From contig JAQGDQ010001373.1 in assembly GCA_030141605.1 (NCBI GenBank), positions 1 to 43,998 on the forward strand: a stretch of DNA of 43,998 bases, read 5' to 3'. The stretch comes from Tubiluchus corallicola. Taxonomy: Eukaryota > Animalia > Priapulida. The translations under genes were made by a program, and so were the position numbers. The notes beneath the pieces were generated by a model. The model saw only the letters and a list, made by a program, of their open reading frames with translations, was not told the DNA's origin and made no database searches. Below are positions 1 to 11,939 of the stretch, in pieces; within the stretch, counting starts at the first letter, position 1, and every line of letters starts with the position of its first letter.

Positions 1-786
<786 letters not shown>

Positions 787-939
787 CCGCACGCGCGCCG
801 TTTGCCAGTATTGACAAGTATTAAGGACTGGTCTTGAGAATAAAGCAGTTTTTCTTTCAATTGTTCTTTCCTTTAACAACTGTATAACTCCATATTTTCT
901 CTTCGAAAATGCTTCTCCGGCGTTCTAGCAGTTCAAAAA

Positions 940-1041
940 TGTTCTGGGCGCCAACCATGGTAGCGCTCGACCCCCCCCCCCCCCGATGGGGCTTCACACG
1001 CCCCACTTCCCCGGGCGTCGCCTAAGCTGAAATAGGCCCTG
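940..1041. mobile_element. Probable end of a non-autonomous hAT-type element
   Basis: GC-rich patch ending ...CCTAAGCTGAAATAGGCCCTG (reverse complement CAGGGCCTATTTCAG, a CAGGGCC-type hAT terminus). No partner TIR seen. Confidence 0.3.
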
Positions 1042-1302
1042 GGCAAAAGCTATCAATATTTGAATGGTAACTACTCAGGGTATTTCAGAGTGAAACATTT
1101 CTCCAAGTTATGGCCAGGTCCAGATTCATACTAAAGGTTAGTATAGGCTGCAGCCTAGGACCCTTCAAGATTTGGGGCCCAAAGCGTGAGAAGCCCTGTT
1201 GAAAGATTTTAGATAATTTTTTTTTGAAAAAAGGTAAAATATTTTATTAATTCGCGTTGCTGAAATACAGAGCCACTAAGCGGACCTAAGAAATGAATTT
1301 TT

Positions 1303-2870
1303 AGTCGTTCCTGGAGTTACTAAGTCATTTCCCGCGGATTATTAAGTCGTTCCCCCGAGTTACTAAGTCGTTCTCCCGAGTTATTAAGTCGTTCCCCGAG
1401 TTATTAAGTCGTTCCCCCGAGTTATTAAGTCGTTCCCCGAGTTATTAAGTCGTTCCCCCGAGTTATTAAGTCGTTCCCCCGAGTTATTAAGTCGTTCCCC
1501 GAGTTATTAAGTCGTTCCCCGAGTTATTAAGTCATTCCCCGAGTTATTAAGTCGTTCCCCCGAGTTATTAAGTCGTTCCCCGAGTTATTAAGTCGTTCCC
1601 CCGAGTTATTAAGTCGTTCCCCGAGTTACTAAGTCATTCCCCGAGTTATTAAGTCGTTCCCCGAGTTATTAAGTCGTTCCACCGAGTTATTAAGTCGTTC
1701 TCCGGAGTTATTAAGTCGTTCCCCGAGTTATTAAGTCGTTCCCCGAGTTAGTAAGTCATTCCACCGAGTTAAGTCATTCCACCGAGTTATTAAGTCGTTC
1801 TCCCGAGTTATTAAGTCGTTCCCCGAGTTATTAAGTCGTTCCCCGAGTTATTAAGTCGTTCCCCAAGTTATTAAGTCGTTCCCCCGAGTTATTAAGTCGT
1901 TCCCCGAGTTATTAAGTCGTTCCCCGAGTTATTAAGTCGTTCCCCGAGTTATTAAGTCATTCCACCGAGTTATTATGTCATTTCCCCAAGTTACTAAGTC
2001 ATTCCACGAGTTATTAAGTCATTCCACCGAGTTATTAAGTCATTCCACCGAGTTATTAAGTCGTTCCCCGAGTTATTAAGTCATTCCCCGAGTTATTAAG
2101 TCGTTTCCCCGAGTTACTAAGTCGTTCCCCGAGTTACTAAGTCGTTCCCCGAGTTATTAAGTCGTTTGACCGAGTAAAGTCATTTTCCCGAGTTATTAAG
2201 TCGTTCCACCAAGTTATTAAGTCGTTCCCCCGAGTTACTAAGTCGTTCCCCGAGTTAGTAAGTCGTTCCACCGAGTTAAGTCGTTCCCTGAGTTATTAAG
2301 TCATTCCACCGAGTTATTAAGTCGTTCCCTCGAATTACTAAGTCGTTCCCCGAGTTAGTAAGTCGTTCCACCGAGTTAAGTCATTCCCTGTGTTATTAAG
2401 TCATTCCACCGAGTTATCAAGTCGTTCCCCGGAATTACTAAGTCGTTCCCCGAGTTAGTAAGTCGTTTGACCGAGTAAAGTCATTTTCCCGAGTTATGAA
2501 GTCGTTCCACCGAGTTACCAAGTCATTCCCCGAGATATTAAGTTGTTCCACAGAGTTAAGTCATTTTCCCGAGTTATTAAGTCGTTCACCCCAGTTATTA
2601 AGTCGTTCCCCCGAGCTACTAAGTCGTTCCCCGAGTTATTAAGTCGTTCCCCCGACTTACCAAGTCGTTCCCCGAGGTATTAAGTTGTGTCACAGAGTTA
2701 AGTCATTTTCCCGAATTATTAAGTCGTTCCCCCGAGTTAAATCATTTTCCCGAGTTACTAAGTCGTTCACTCGAGTTATTAAGTCGTCCCCCGAGTTACT
2801 AAGTCGTTCACTCGAGTTATTAAGTCGTCCCCCGAGTTACTAAGTCGTTCACTCGAGGTATTCAGTCGTT
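1303..2870. repeat. 20-21 bp minisatellite (GAGTTATTAAGTCGTTCCCC[C]), roughly 75 copies
   Basis: Directly visible tandem unit, more degenerate toward both ends. Confidence 0.95.
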
Positions 2871-2963
2871 CTTTAGTTAATCGTCATCAGCATAATCGCT
2901 TCCTATCTCTCTTCATTGTAACTAGACTGACTGACTGGTAAATCAGAAACTATAATCACTTAC

Positions 2964-3078
2964 CAGGACCTTTACATGCTTTATACAGAACTTCTGCATC
3001 TTTTTCTGGCATGAAGTTTGGACTGTCCTTAACGGTTCCTTCGTCGCCAGGATTCAAAGCAGGATTTATTCGTTGCAT
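2964..3078 (-). CDS. Annexin, first coding exon (N-terminal tail plus start of repeat 1); rest of gene left of window
   Basis: Translates MQRINPALNPGDEGTVKDSPNFMPEKDAEVLYKACKGP(G), matching the annexin GTV..F....DAE.L.KA.KG.G pattern. In-frame TAG 9 codons upstream of the ATG. Ends G|GTAAGT in phase 1, the annexin intron position in the KGxG motif. Confidence 0.9.
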
Positions 3079-3199
3079 CTTTTTTGATGATTCTTGCAGC
3101 GTCTAGTCCGTAAGTACGTGTTTACCCTTGCGTATACAGAGCCGTAACTAAGACGCAAAGCTCATCGCCTGAACTCTTTAGAACGTAGTAGAACAATCG

Positions 3200-3300
3200 A
3201 TGAGTCACACACGACGTCACCAAGAGACAAAAAAACTCGCGGCTAAAACTGACGTCTAACATATTGGTGTATCACTCCGCCTCTCATGTGACGTATGCAC
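3200..3300 (-). promoter_or_regulatory. Candidate annexin proximal promoter with AP-1/CRE-like sites
   Basis: TGAGTCA 3201-3207, CGACGTCA 3212-3219, TGACGTCT 3251-3258 and TGACGTAT 3289-3296, all 120-220 bp upstream of the ATG. Confidence 0.4.
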
Positions 3301-3614
3301 GCTCAGCGGCATTCGGGACAACAGCTCACTGTAGGACAACAACTGTCTAAGCTAAACTAAACTAAACAACATGACAGTCACAACTAATGTCTAATCAGCA
3401 GATAAACTGATTGCACTTTTTCATAAACACAAATTTGCAGAGCTGCAGTTATTTTTACATGAAATTATCACTTCAAATAGCCAAAAATGACTTGTCAATT
3501 TAAACAGAATGTAGAGACAAAGTTTCAAAGCACTACAAAATACAGAGACATAAGTATAATCAAGAAACTAAGAAAGACAGGCTTGCTTTACAGTAAATTC
3601 TTCTTCTTCTTCCC

Positions 3615-3925
3615 AGCTTTCCAGCACCTCAACTTCAACGTGGATTATCTCAGCTTAGAAATAACATACAGCGATGAACTTGGTATCATAGTGATCCTCA
3701 TGAAATGGAGATTCAGGACATGTGAATAAGTAGAAAAACTTAATCGCCGACTTATGGACGATTTCGCTATGCAAGCACATAAATCTAATTTTGCTCGGCA
3801 TCTAAGATAAAACGTCAATGTGTCCCCCCCCCCCTACAAATGTTAGAAATTTCTCAATTTTCTCAAAAAATGCACAACTGTTTGCAATATGAGAGGCAAT
3901 CCGCTGTGCTAATAGCACCGGTCTG
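3615..3925 (+). mobile_element. Degenerate hAT transposase C-terminal (dimerisation domain) remnant with possible right terminus
   Basis: Broken frames give LSSTST/QRGLSQLR and E*VEKLNRRLMDDFAMQAHKSNF, resembling the hATC ending (ERSFS.L ... LIDDFA..K.RK..F). Ends ...GCACCGGTCTG. Confidence 0.35.
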
Positions 3926-4789
3926 AAACTACTAGATGTAATTGGGAGACGTGTTTATTATTCATGAGTAAAATACTTCTGTAACTGAAAGTGGAGACAT
4001 TTAACAGTTTACAGTTCGATGCTGCCTGCTGTTAAGATTTGTAGTATGAATCTGGCAATGTGCCAAAATTCAGACTCTCGAGTTTAGCTGATAGCTGCCC
4101 TACGAAAGTTTACTTTCAATATTTTGAAAAGCAGATTATTTTAACCTACAGTTTAACATTGACTCCGATTTTATCTTAAGTTTAAAAAGGAGTTTTGGTA
4201 AACTAGTGGCAAAAATTTCACCCGTTCTTAATGTCGTTTAGTTACACATAAATATTTGCTGTTTCTACACGCTGAAATTGTTTAAATCTTTACTCTTTTT
4301 AAAACTCAACTTTGTCTATGTTTAGGTCGTACCAAGAGTGAGCATTCTTGTGACTGTCTACGACCTATTTACTGACTTCATTTGAGACTGATTCTATTTG
4401 CTTCATTAACTATACAATCTTTGACAGGTGTGGCGTCTTTCTATCCAGGTCACTCGCTTTCAGAACACTATTTGTAATTCGTCATCTCTACTAGAGTCTA
4501 TTACATAAGGTGAATGCTCAAGCTGCAGTTTTAATTCTACTTATTTTCTTTCTCTTGCAAAAGTAAAACATTTAATGATGGCGTCTGTATTAAGCGATAA
4601 TAGAGGGGTAAGTTACATTAAGTACCTATAGAACTAATTTATTTAAAGGAAAACTGGATGATTGTTTAGACTCAATCTGATTTTAATTTACTGTCCAAAA
4701 TATACATTTTCTTGCCTATAAAAGTTAACAATTGTTCCTTGTATTTGAATGATTTGTTTAGAAAGTTAACTAACGGCAACCGAACACAG

Positions 4790-5020
4790 CTATTGCTTAC
4801 GTCAGAAACTAACCGCAGTTTGCGCAATGGCAGACATCTTCCCTTGCGCGTCAAGCACGTTTACGTAAGTGTTACTGCTTAAACGCATGATGTCACGAAA
4901 ATGGGCTTTACGTCATATGACGTCAGAAACTAACACAGCAGTTCATGATCATGGTTATCACGGTACCGCCTTCTATTTGTCGGCCACGCGCATGTGACAA
5001 AAAGACGCCGTTGCCAATCT
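4790..5020 (+). promoter_or_regulatory. Dense bZIP-site cluster, candidate pentraxin promoter/enhancer
   Basis: TTACGTCA 4797 and 4908, TTGCGCAA 4820, TTACGTAA 4861, TGATGTCA 4888, TGACGTCA 4918, CCAAT near 5014. Possible non-coding exon donor AA|GTAATT at 5080. Confidence 0.45.
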
Positions 5021-5207
5021 TAGTAGATTCACCGAGCCGCGCGTAGCTTTAAAAGTTTAACAAAATTTGAATATCTGAAGTAATTATTATTTAATCTAAG
5101 CTTTGATTTAAAATAAGCTATTGTAGTTTTCAATATTTTAGAGCATTCTTTATTCTGAACTAATGTTTACACAATCGCCCGATTTAATCTATTTCGATGA
5201 GGCTATA

Positions 5208-5481
5208 CCATCTCAACATCCTCATCTCCACCACACCCATTTTCTTCTCTTCGGTCTTCTTTAGAGAAGCTGCTTCCAGCCCATAGATTAGAGCGGGTCT
5301 GACCACTTCTTTGTGGACTTTACCTTTAAGTCTCACCGACTCATTCATAGAAGGTTTTGGCGTAGTTTTTACAGGCGGATGCCCTTCCTGACCCTAACCC
5401 TCCCTATTTATCCGGGCTTGGGACCGGCACTGAGTTGGGCTGGCTTTGGCTTGTCCCCCCCCCCTCCCCAGTGGCTAGGTT
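5208..5481 (-). mobile_element. Internally deleted RTE-clade LINE derivative (5' UTR fused to a post-RT ORF fragment)
   Basis: 5336-5208 translates [43 protein letters not shown], the RTE KGK....VRP.L.YG.E...EMRMLRW motif. It adjoins an RTE-type 5' UTR containing GGAAGGGCATCCG. Confidence 0.85.
5392..5481 (-). ncRNA. Twister ribozyme (type P1), lacking the 5' strand of P1
   Basis: Minus strand reads AA CCUA GC CACUGGG[loop]CUCAGUG CCGG UCCCAAGC CCGG AUAAA UAGG GA GGG UUAGGG. P2 (CCUA/UAGG), P3, P4, L4 and both pseudoknot partners match the rice Osa-1-4 twister core GCCGGUCCCAAGCCCGGAUAAA..GGAGGG. Confidence 0.88.
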
Positions 5482-5624
5482 CTACCACCATAAAGTTACA
5501 AACTTGTAACGTTCACTAAAAACCTGACGAACAGGCTTATCACACCATTAAATTTTAAGTTTCTAGAGCAAATTCACACCTGTAGATGTTATTGCAGTCT
5601 AAACTTCATCATGTTTTTTGGGGG

Positions 5625-6430
5625 GTCGCTCCCAGGTTGCTTCACACAAAAGTTGCCGTGTGCGGGCAAATATTGTTCATGATAGTTTTCCCAGACGTGC
5701 AGTTTGCTGCACAGAGATTTTTTGCCGTATGCGACGGTGTGTCGCTCTCAGATTGCTTCACACAAAAGTTGCCGTGTGCGGGCAAATATTGTTCATGATA
5801 GTTTTCCCAGACGTGCAGTTTGCTGCACAGAGATTTTCTGTCGTATGCGACGTTGTTCGCTCTCAGGTTGCTTCACACAAAAGTTGCCGTGTGCGGGCAA
5901 ATATTGTTCATGATAGTTTTCCCAGACGTGCAGTTTGCTGCACAAAGATTTTTTGCCGTATGCGACGTTGTTCGCTCTCAGGTTGCTTCACACAAAAGTT
6001 GCCGTGTGCGGGCAAATATTGTTCATGATAGTTTTCCCAGACGTGCAGTTTGCTGCACAGAGATTTTTTGCCGTATGCGACGGTGTGTCGCTCTCAGATT
6101 GCTTCACACAAAAGTTGCCGTGTGCGGGCAAATATTGTTCATGATAGTTTTCCCAGACGTGCAGTTTGCTGCACAGAGATTTTCTGTCGTATGCGACGTT
6201 GTTCGCTCTCAGGTTGCTTCACACAAAAGTTGCCGTGTGCGGGCAAATATTGTTCATGATAGTTTTCCCAGACGTGCAGTTTGCTGCACAAAGATTTTTT
6301 GCCGTATGCGACGTTGTATGCTCTCAGGTTGCTTCACACAAAAGTTACCGTGTGCGGGCAAATATTGTTCATGATAGTTTTCCCAGACGTGCAGTTTGTT
6401 GCACAGAGATTTTCCGCCGTATGCGATGGT
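5625..6430. repeat. 115/116 bp tandem repeat, 7 copies, with a 346 bp trimeric higher-order period
   Basis: TTCACACAAAAG recurs at 5641, 5757, 5872, 5987, 6103, 6218 and 6333 (spacing 116,115,115,116,115,115). Confidence 0.95.
6426..6428 (+). CDS. Pentraxin gene start codon at the end of a 42-nt exon (6387-6428)
   Basis: Acceptor TTTTCCCAG at 6386 and ATG|GTATGT phase-0 donor. Joining to the next exon gives the signal peptide MFLISGILMLMALAVQC. Confidence 0.6.
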
Positions 6431-6590
6431 ATGTTTTTGCTGTTTGCAGTCACACTCGTACACAGCAGGTGCTGTCACTGTGTCGAAAATTAGTCAAGCT
6501 GGTTAGTAATGCGCATGCGCACTTTGTTTTGTAAATTATCCTCTTCTCAGTAAAATGTTCGTTCAACTGTATGCTGTTTTTCTGTTACAG

Positions 6591-6651
6591 TTTCTCATTT
6601 CTGGGATTCTGATGCTCATGGCTTTGGCAGTACAGTGTGGTATTGAAGACG
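6591..6651 (+). CDS. Pentraxin-domain protein, coding exon 2 (signal peptide)
   Basis: TTTTTCTGTTACAG| FLISGILMLMALAVQCGIED |GTAAGT, phase 0 to 1. Confidence 0.8.
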
Positions 6652-8194
6652 GTAAGTTTGAAAAATGCTAATTTCTGTTTTCGCCTCATTCAAGCTGTCT
6701 GCCACTCTTAAAGCAGGACTTGTCAAAGGCATGACAACAGGGGGTGACGAGGCAATCACCTCCGGCGCAGGGGTGGGAAGGCGCACAGTTCTTCTAGAGT
6801 TCAATGACTGTTAATTATTAATTACTAATACGACATTAACAAAATAATTAACAAATGTTTCAAACAACAACAAAATTGCCTAGTCAGAGACCATCATAGC
6901 TGAGTTAATTACTTCATAGAGCCAAGAAAAATAGGCAAACGTTGTTACGTAATGTCATGTAAACATGGATGTCGTGTGGTTTGACAGATGGATAATTTTG
7001 GGAGAAGCAGTGTCTAAATATCGATTGTATTATTGTGAAAACCTGTAGTGTTCTGTATCTTTCATAATCTTGGCCTGTTTTAATGCTGTAGCTGAATGTT
7101 TAAGGACTGTATCATTATGAGCAACTTACGCATATAAAAGAGTTATTCTGCTGCAGTACCACAAATCAAACTCAGATTAATTCTTGGGAAAAAATCGTTA
7201 TACAATCATGCCGTAAAAGGAAGTCGGGCTCGGGAATTATATTATCATTATATTGGAACTACGGCACCATTTGCGGCGACGTATACATCAAACGAAAGGT
7301 CTCGATCTAGTGCCGTGCCATTGGGGGTTTATTTTTCGAATCGGGCCCACCGGGAGAAACGGAGGGCAAAAAACCTCCAAAAATGGCCATTTTTCGGCCG
7401 TTTTTTTGCAAAAGTTATACGCCTGAGATGTAGAGAACGGGAACGGGCCGGGGGCGGTGCTGGCCATGGATAGAGAGCCCGTTCAGCGATGGGTGTCATA
7501 GGCATATTTACAATTTGCGAGAGGGCCACGGCGTCGTGCAACGGACGTTTTCCCGGACCCAACTCGCGATTTTTTCAAAATTTTGCTAAAACAGCCTGCA
7601 GAAGAAGCGATTATTACGAAACGTAACCGAGTCAATGATTTTACAAATGTTTCCAGAACAAAATGGTTTTACAATGGAATAAATCATCTTTTTACACTAA
7701 ATGTGAATTATTAAAGTCATTAAGTGGGATGACATGATATTATATCGATTTACGTCTTTAATTTCACAAAGATTTGCTGCGACTACCAATGGAAGAATTA
7801 TCTTTTTATACTAAATGGTGAATTGATATTATATCGATTTACTTCTTTTTATTTAGGATATTATCAAGATGAGCTTCGCTACTATAAGAGGCTCGTAAGA
7901 CGTGGAACCAGAGAGATCGAAGGTAGCGAAAATTTTTGTGATTTTTTTTCGGTATTTTGCTTTTTGAAAGCAGGTAATTTGTGATTATGGCCAACTTCGA
8001 TCCATTTCTCCCATACGAAGTACAGTTGATAATACTAATCAATGCAATGTTAGATGTGTTTGGTTTTTAGTAATGTTCTAGAATTGAAAATCTACTGTTG
8101 CGTTGTCGGGGCGTCGCCACCAGGGTCTGAGCAATCACCCCAGGATGGTTTGAAGCCGCAACACAGGATGCACGACAAAAGTCATTATCCAGTT

Positions 8195-8322
8195 CCTCAC
8201 ATCATGTAGGGTTAGTGTCACATCATATAGGCCTAGTGTCACATCATATAGGCCTAGTGTCACATCATATAGGCCTAGTGTCACATCATATAGGCCTAGT
8301 GTCACATCATATAGGCCTAGTG
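8195..8322. repeat. 21 bp minisatellite (TAGTGTCACATCATATAGGCC), 5-6 copies
   Basis: Visible tandem unit. Confidence 0.9.
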
Positions 8323-9102
8323 CAAATATTTTTCAGCAGACGTTCAGAGCGAAATTTGTGCAAATTAAAAGCAATTAATTAAATTTAGAAACTGCTAATC
8401 AATATGGATTTATGCTTCTTTCGAAATGGAAAATCGATCCTTCGATCCAACGGGATGAGAAACTTCATGTTTGTTCGTTGCTCTCTGCTCATTGGTCGAC
8501 GACCTAAAACAGAAGATGTGTATATAAAAGCCTGTGGACAAAAGTTCAATGGTTGCAGACAGCTGAGGCCACAGTTATATATTCCAGGGGGATTATTTAG
8601 AAAGGGAAAGTTTGTAGGTTTGAAAGTCACAAGTTTATCTATTATGACACCAGTTCTGGAAGTTTTCTGAGACACATCGTAATTGTTCCAAAAGCTCAGA
8701 AAAAAGCTTTATATACTGGAAGAAACATGTTATTCGGTAATGCATGTTGCTCGTTATTATAACGAAACTTTCACATGTGCTCAGGTTTGTTTGAGATGCA
8801 ACAATTTTTAAAATGTTCTTCTTGAATTCGCACAGGAGACTTGTTCAATCGTGTGAAGATATTAACGTTGTACATCTCTATCTGAAACAGCAAATTTCTC
8901 AAGAGCAATTTTGCAATAATTGTAATAGATTGCTCTTCCTTGCTGATATTTATGGAAAGGATTTGTGGCTATTTTAGAAGAATTATCTTTTTCCTGGCAA
9001 GATATGAAAATATTTTTAAGGATTTACGATGACATAAAGCATTTTCATTTTGATCAGTCTAGTAAGGACTTGTTTAATTTAACCTTGATTTTGTCATTGT
9101 AG

Positions 9103-9245
9103 ACCTTAATCCAATTTGTCACGATGTCGAAGTTCCGAGAGAACCAGACGGGTTGATGGTAAATTTTCCTACACGTAATATTATGGATTATATAAAGCTA
9201 GATAACGTCATCACATCTGACATGGATGAATTAACAATGTGTCTG
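9103..9245 (+). CDS. Pentraxin-domain protein, coding exon 3
   Basis: TTGTAG| DLNPICHDVEVPREPDGLMVNFPTRNIMDYIKLDNVITSDMDELTMCL |GTAGGT. FP....DY..L......LTxCL is the pentraxin N-terminal pattern. Phase 1 to 0. Confidence 0.9.
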
Positions 9246-9302
9246 GTAGGTGCTATTAATCTAACATTTGAGTCTAGGATTAAGTGCTAATATTTTACTT
9301 TT

Positions 9303-10290
9303 GCTAATTTTTCAAATATTTTATAATTTTCCAAATATTTTGCAATTTTTCAAATATTTTATAATTTTTCACATATTTTATAATTTTTCACATATTTTAT
9401 AATTTTTCAAATATTTTATAATTTTTCACATATTTTATAATTTTTCAAATATTTTATAATTTTTCAAATATTTTATAATTTTTCAAATATTTTATAATTT
9501 TTCAAATATTTTATTATAATTTTTCAAATATTTTATAATTTTCCAAAAATTTTATAATTTTTCAAGTATTTTATAACTTTTCAAGTATTTTATAATTTTC
9601 CAAATACTCTACATTTTTCAAATATTTTGCAATTTTTCAAATATTTTATAATTTTTCAAATATTTTATAATTTTTCAAATATTTTATAATTTTCCAAATA
9701 TTTTATAATTTTTCAAGTATTTTATAATTTTTCAAGTATTTTACAGTTTTCCAAATACTTTATAATTTTTCAAATATTTTATACTTTTCCAAATATTTTA
9801 TAATTTTCCAAATATTTTATAATTTTTCGAATATTTTGCAATTTTTTCAAATATTTTATAATTTTTCAAATATTTTATAATTTTTCAAATATTTTATAAT
9901 TTTTCAAATATTTTATAATTTTCCAAATATTTTATAATTTTTCAAGTATTATATAATTTTTCAAGTATTTTATAATTTTCCAAATACTTTCTAATTTTTC
10001 AAATATTTTATACTTTTCCAAATATTTTATAATTTTCCAGATATTTTATAATTTTTCAAATATTTTACTATTTTTCAAATATTTTAAAATTTTCCAAATA
10101 TTTTATAATTTTTCAAATATTTTATAATTTTCCGAATATTTTATAATTTTTCAAAATGGTATTTTAGAATTTTTCAAATATTTTAGAATTTTCAAATATT
10201 TTAGAATTTTTCAAATATTTTATAATTTTTCAAATATTTTATAATTTTCCAAATACTTTATAATTTTTCAAATATTTTATAATTTTCAAA
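9303..10290. repeat. 19 bp AT-rich minisatellite (ATAATTTTTCAAATATTTT), about 50 copies
   Basis: Visible tandem unit within pentraxin intron 3. Confidence 0.95.
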
Positions 10291-10522
10291 AGACGGATTT
10301 ATAGATGAACATCAGTAACAAAGCTTCTTTATCTACGTTTTTTAGCTACATTATTATTAATGTAGATCCATGCTACTTTGCTATTGTGGGTTTAGTTGGC
10401 TGTTTGCAAATCCAAAACGCTCCACATAAAATTCTGCATCACATTTTTTGCATCATTGGAGCTAATATGTCCAGACTCTTTAGTCAGACCCTCTCTGGTT
10501 CAGTATTTGCATAATTATTCAG

Positions 10523-10644
10523 TGGATGAAAACGGACAACCCCAGCAGTATGACGTTAATAGAATATGCTGTGACGATGCAGAATCAATTCATACTTACG
10601 TTGGATGGCAACAATCTCCAATTAGTCTTCAACGGCAAAGTAAG
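10523..10644 (+). CDS. Pentraxin-domain protein, coding exon 4
   Basis: ATTCAG| WMKTDNPSSMTLIEYAVTMQNQFILTLDGNNLQLVFNGKV |GTAAGC, resembling neuronal pentraxin W..S....T..SYAV.GQANE....NN.I.L.IN.KV. Phase 0 to 2. Confidence 0.9.
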
Positions 10645-11939
10645 GTAAGCAGTGACTGTTAAGCACATACACGTTACCCTACCTATTAAATGTGGTCTTG
10701 CCCCTTTAACTGTCATCAGTCATGTGACCAGGTGGTTGGCCAGGTAGACATTACCTGACATACAATTCAATTGATACGATGTGAATGTTGTAGTTGATTT
10801 CTTATTGTTTTTCTTGCAAGTTATAAGTGCCAAAACTCAGGGAGACCACATGTAAGTGTCTAATTATGTTTATTGAACTGCTTTATGCTATTAGAACAAT
10901 TTCGCTGTAATTTTTTTGTACAATTATAGACGATAATCACGTTAGCTAATTTAGTAATGTACATTTATCAAACTTATCTTTTTCATTGAAAAGTTATTGC
11001 TGTAATTTATTATTACAGATAAAACGACAATTGCTGCATATTAAACATATTTGATGTTCTGGAGTTTAAATGTAGTACAGTGACAGCATAATAAACTCAA
11101 TTTTATGAACTAGTAAAATTATAACAAAAGCAAGCAATGCAAGATTAAATTAACGAGTGATTGGCTGTCTAGTTAACCAGTAGCTACGGCTGAAGTACAA
11201 CGTTAATTTACACAAGTAGACCGAAGAAGTCAGATAATTCATTTTGAAATTTTTTGTAACAATATTGCATGTTTATTTTTTAGGATAAGTAAAAATATCA
11301 AGCTAATTTACTCAAGTGGATCCAGTCGGACAATTCATTTTGAAATTTGTGAAAGTCATGTTTGAAGTTGTTGATCACTCAGTGTGTTATGATTGAGTTT
11401 AGGCACAAAAGTATGAACAAGAATAACAAATCTATAATACATATTTGCACTGCACACAACAGAAAAGTGTTTATTAAATCTACAGACACATGAGTGGCAT
11501 GACTGCTGCACTGAACATTGAGAGTGAGAGTGAGAGTCCTGAACACTGAGAGTTAGAGTGAGAGTCTAAAGAAGCATGAGTAGCACGACTGCTGCACTGC
11601 ACTGAGAGTTAGAGTGACTAGAAAGTAAATCCAGTCAGTATATATAGGTATAGGTGACCTATGCAGACTTGAACAGGCTTCACGAAACCATTAGTTTAAA
11701 TTACGGAGAGAACCAGTGAATATGCAATCACTGGACCATACAATTATACTGGGGGTAAGCTAGCTGGTAGAATGTAACAGGATTAGTTCATAGATGGCAG
11801 CACCTAATTAAAAATGTACAATTCCAACTTTCAGAAAATTTATTATAACACTACTGCATGTTTATTTTTTTGGATTGCAATTTTCATCAATGTTGTCAAG
11901 GCTCTATGTTTATTAAGCACAAAAAATTTTTGTTTTTAG

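Noticed and set aside
1115-4060. 14 bp inverted match CCAGATTCATACTA / TAGTATGAATCTGG enclosing the annexin exon (gene-capturing transposon)
   Set aside because: No TSD, the match does not extend, and it is compatible with chance in AT-rich DNA.
5391-5401. Telomere-like CCCTAACCCT
   Set aside because: Under two units and explained as the 3' end of the twister fold.
5586-6534. Many overlapping Cys-rich ORFs
   Set aside because: Frame-shifting translations of the 115/116 bp tandem repeat.
7240-7600. GC-rich island with a 77-aa minus-strand ORF
   Set aside because: No recognisable protein or splice pattern. Probably an unclassified non-autonomous DNA element, but no termini could be defined.
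10396-10662. 88-aa ORF from the track
   Set aside because: Wrong frame; the real pentraxin exon 10523-10644 is in another frame.
10821-10857. Possible micro-exon ending CAT|GTAAGT
   Set aside because: The 31-nt version breaks phase, the 24-nt version needs a poor acceptor, and the domain is complete without it.
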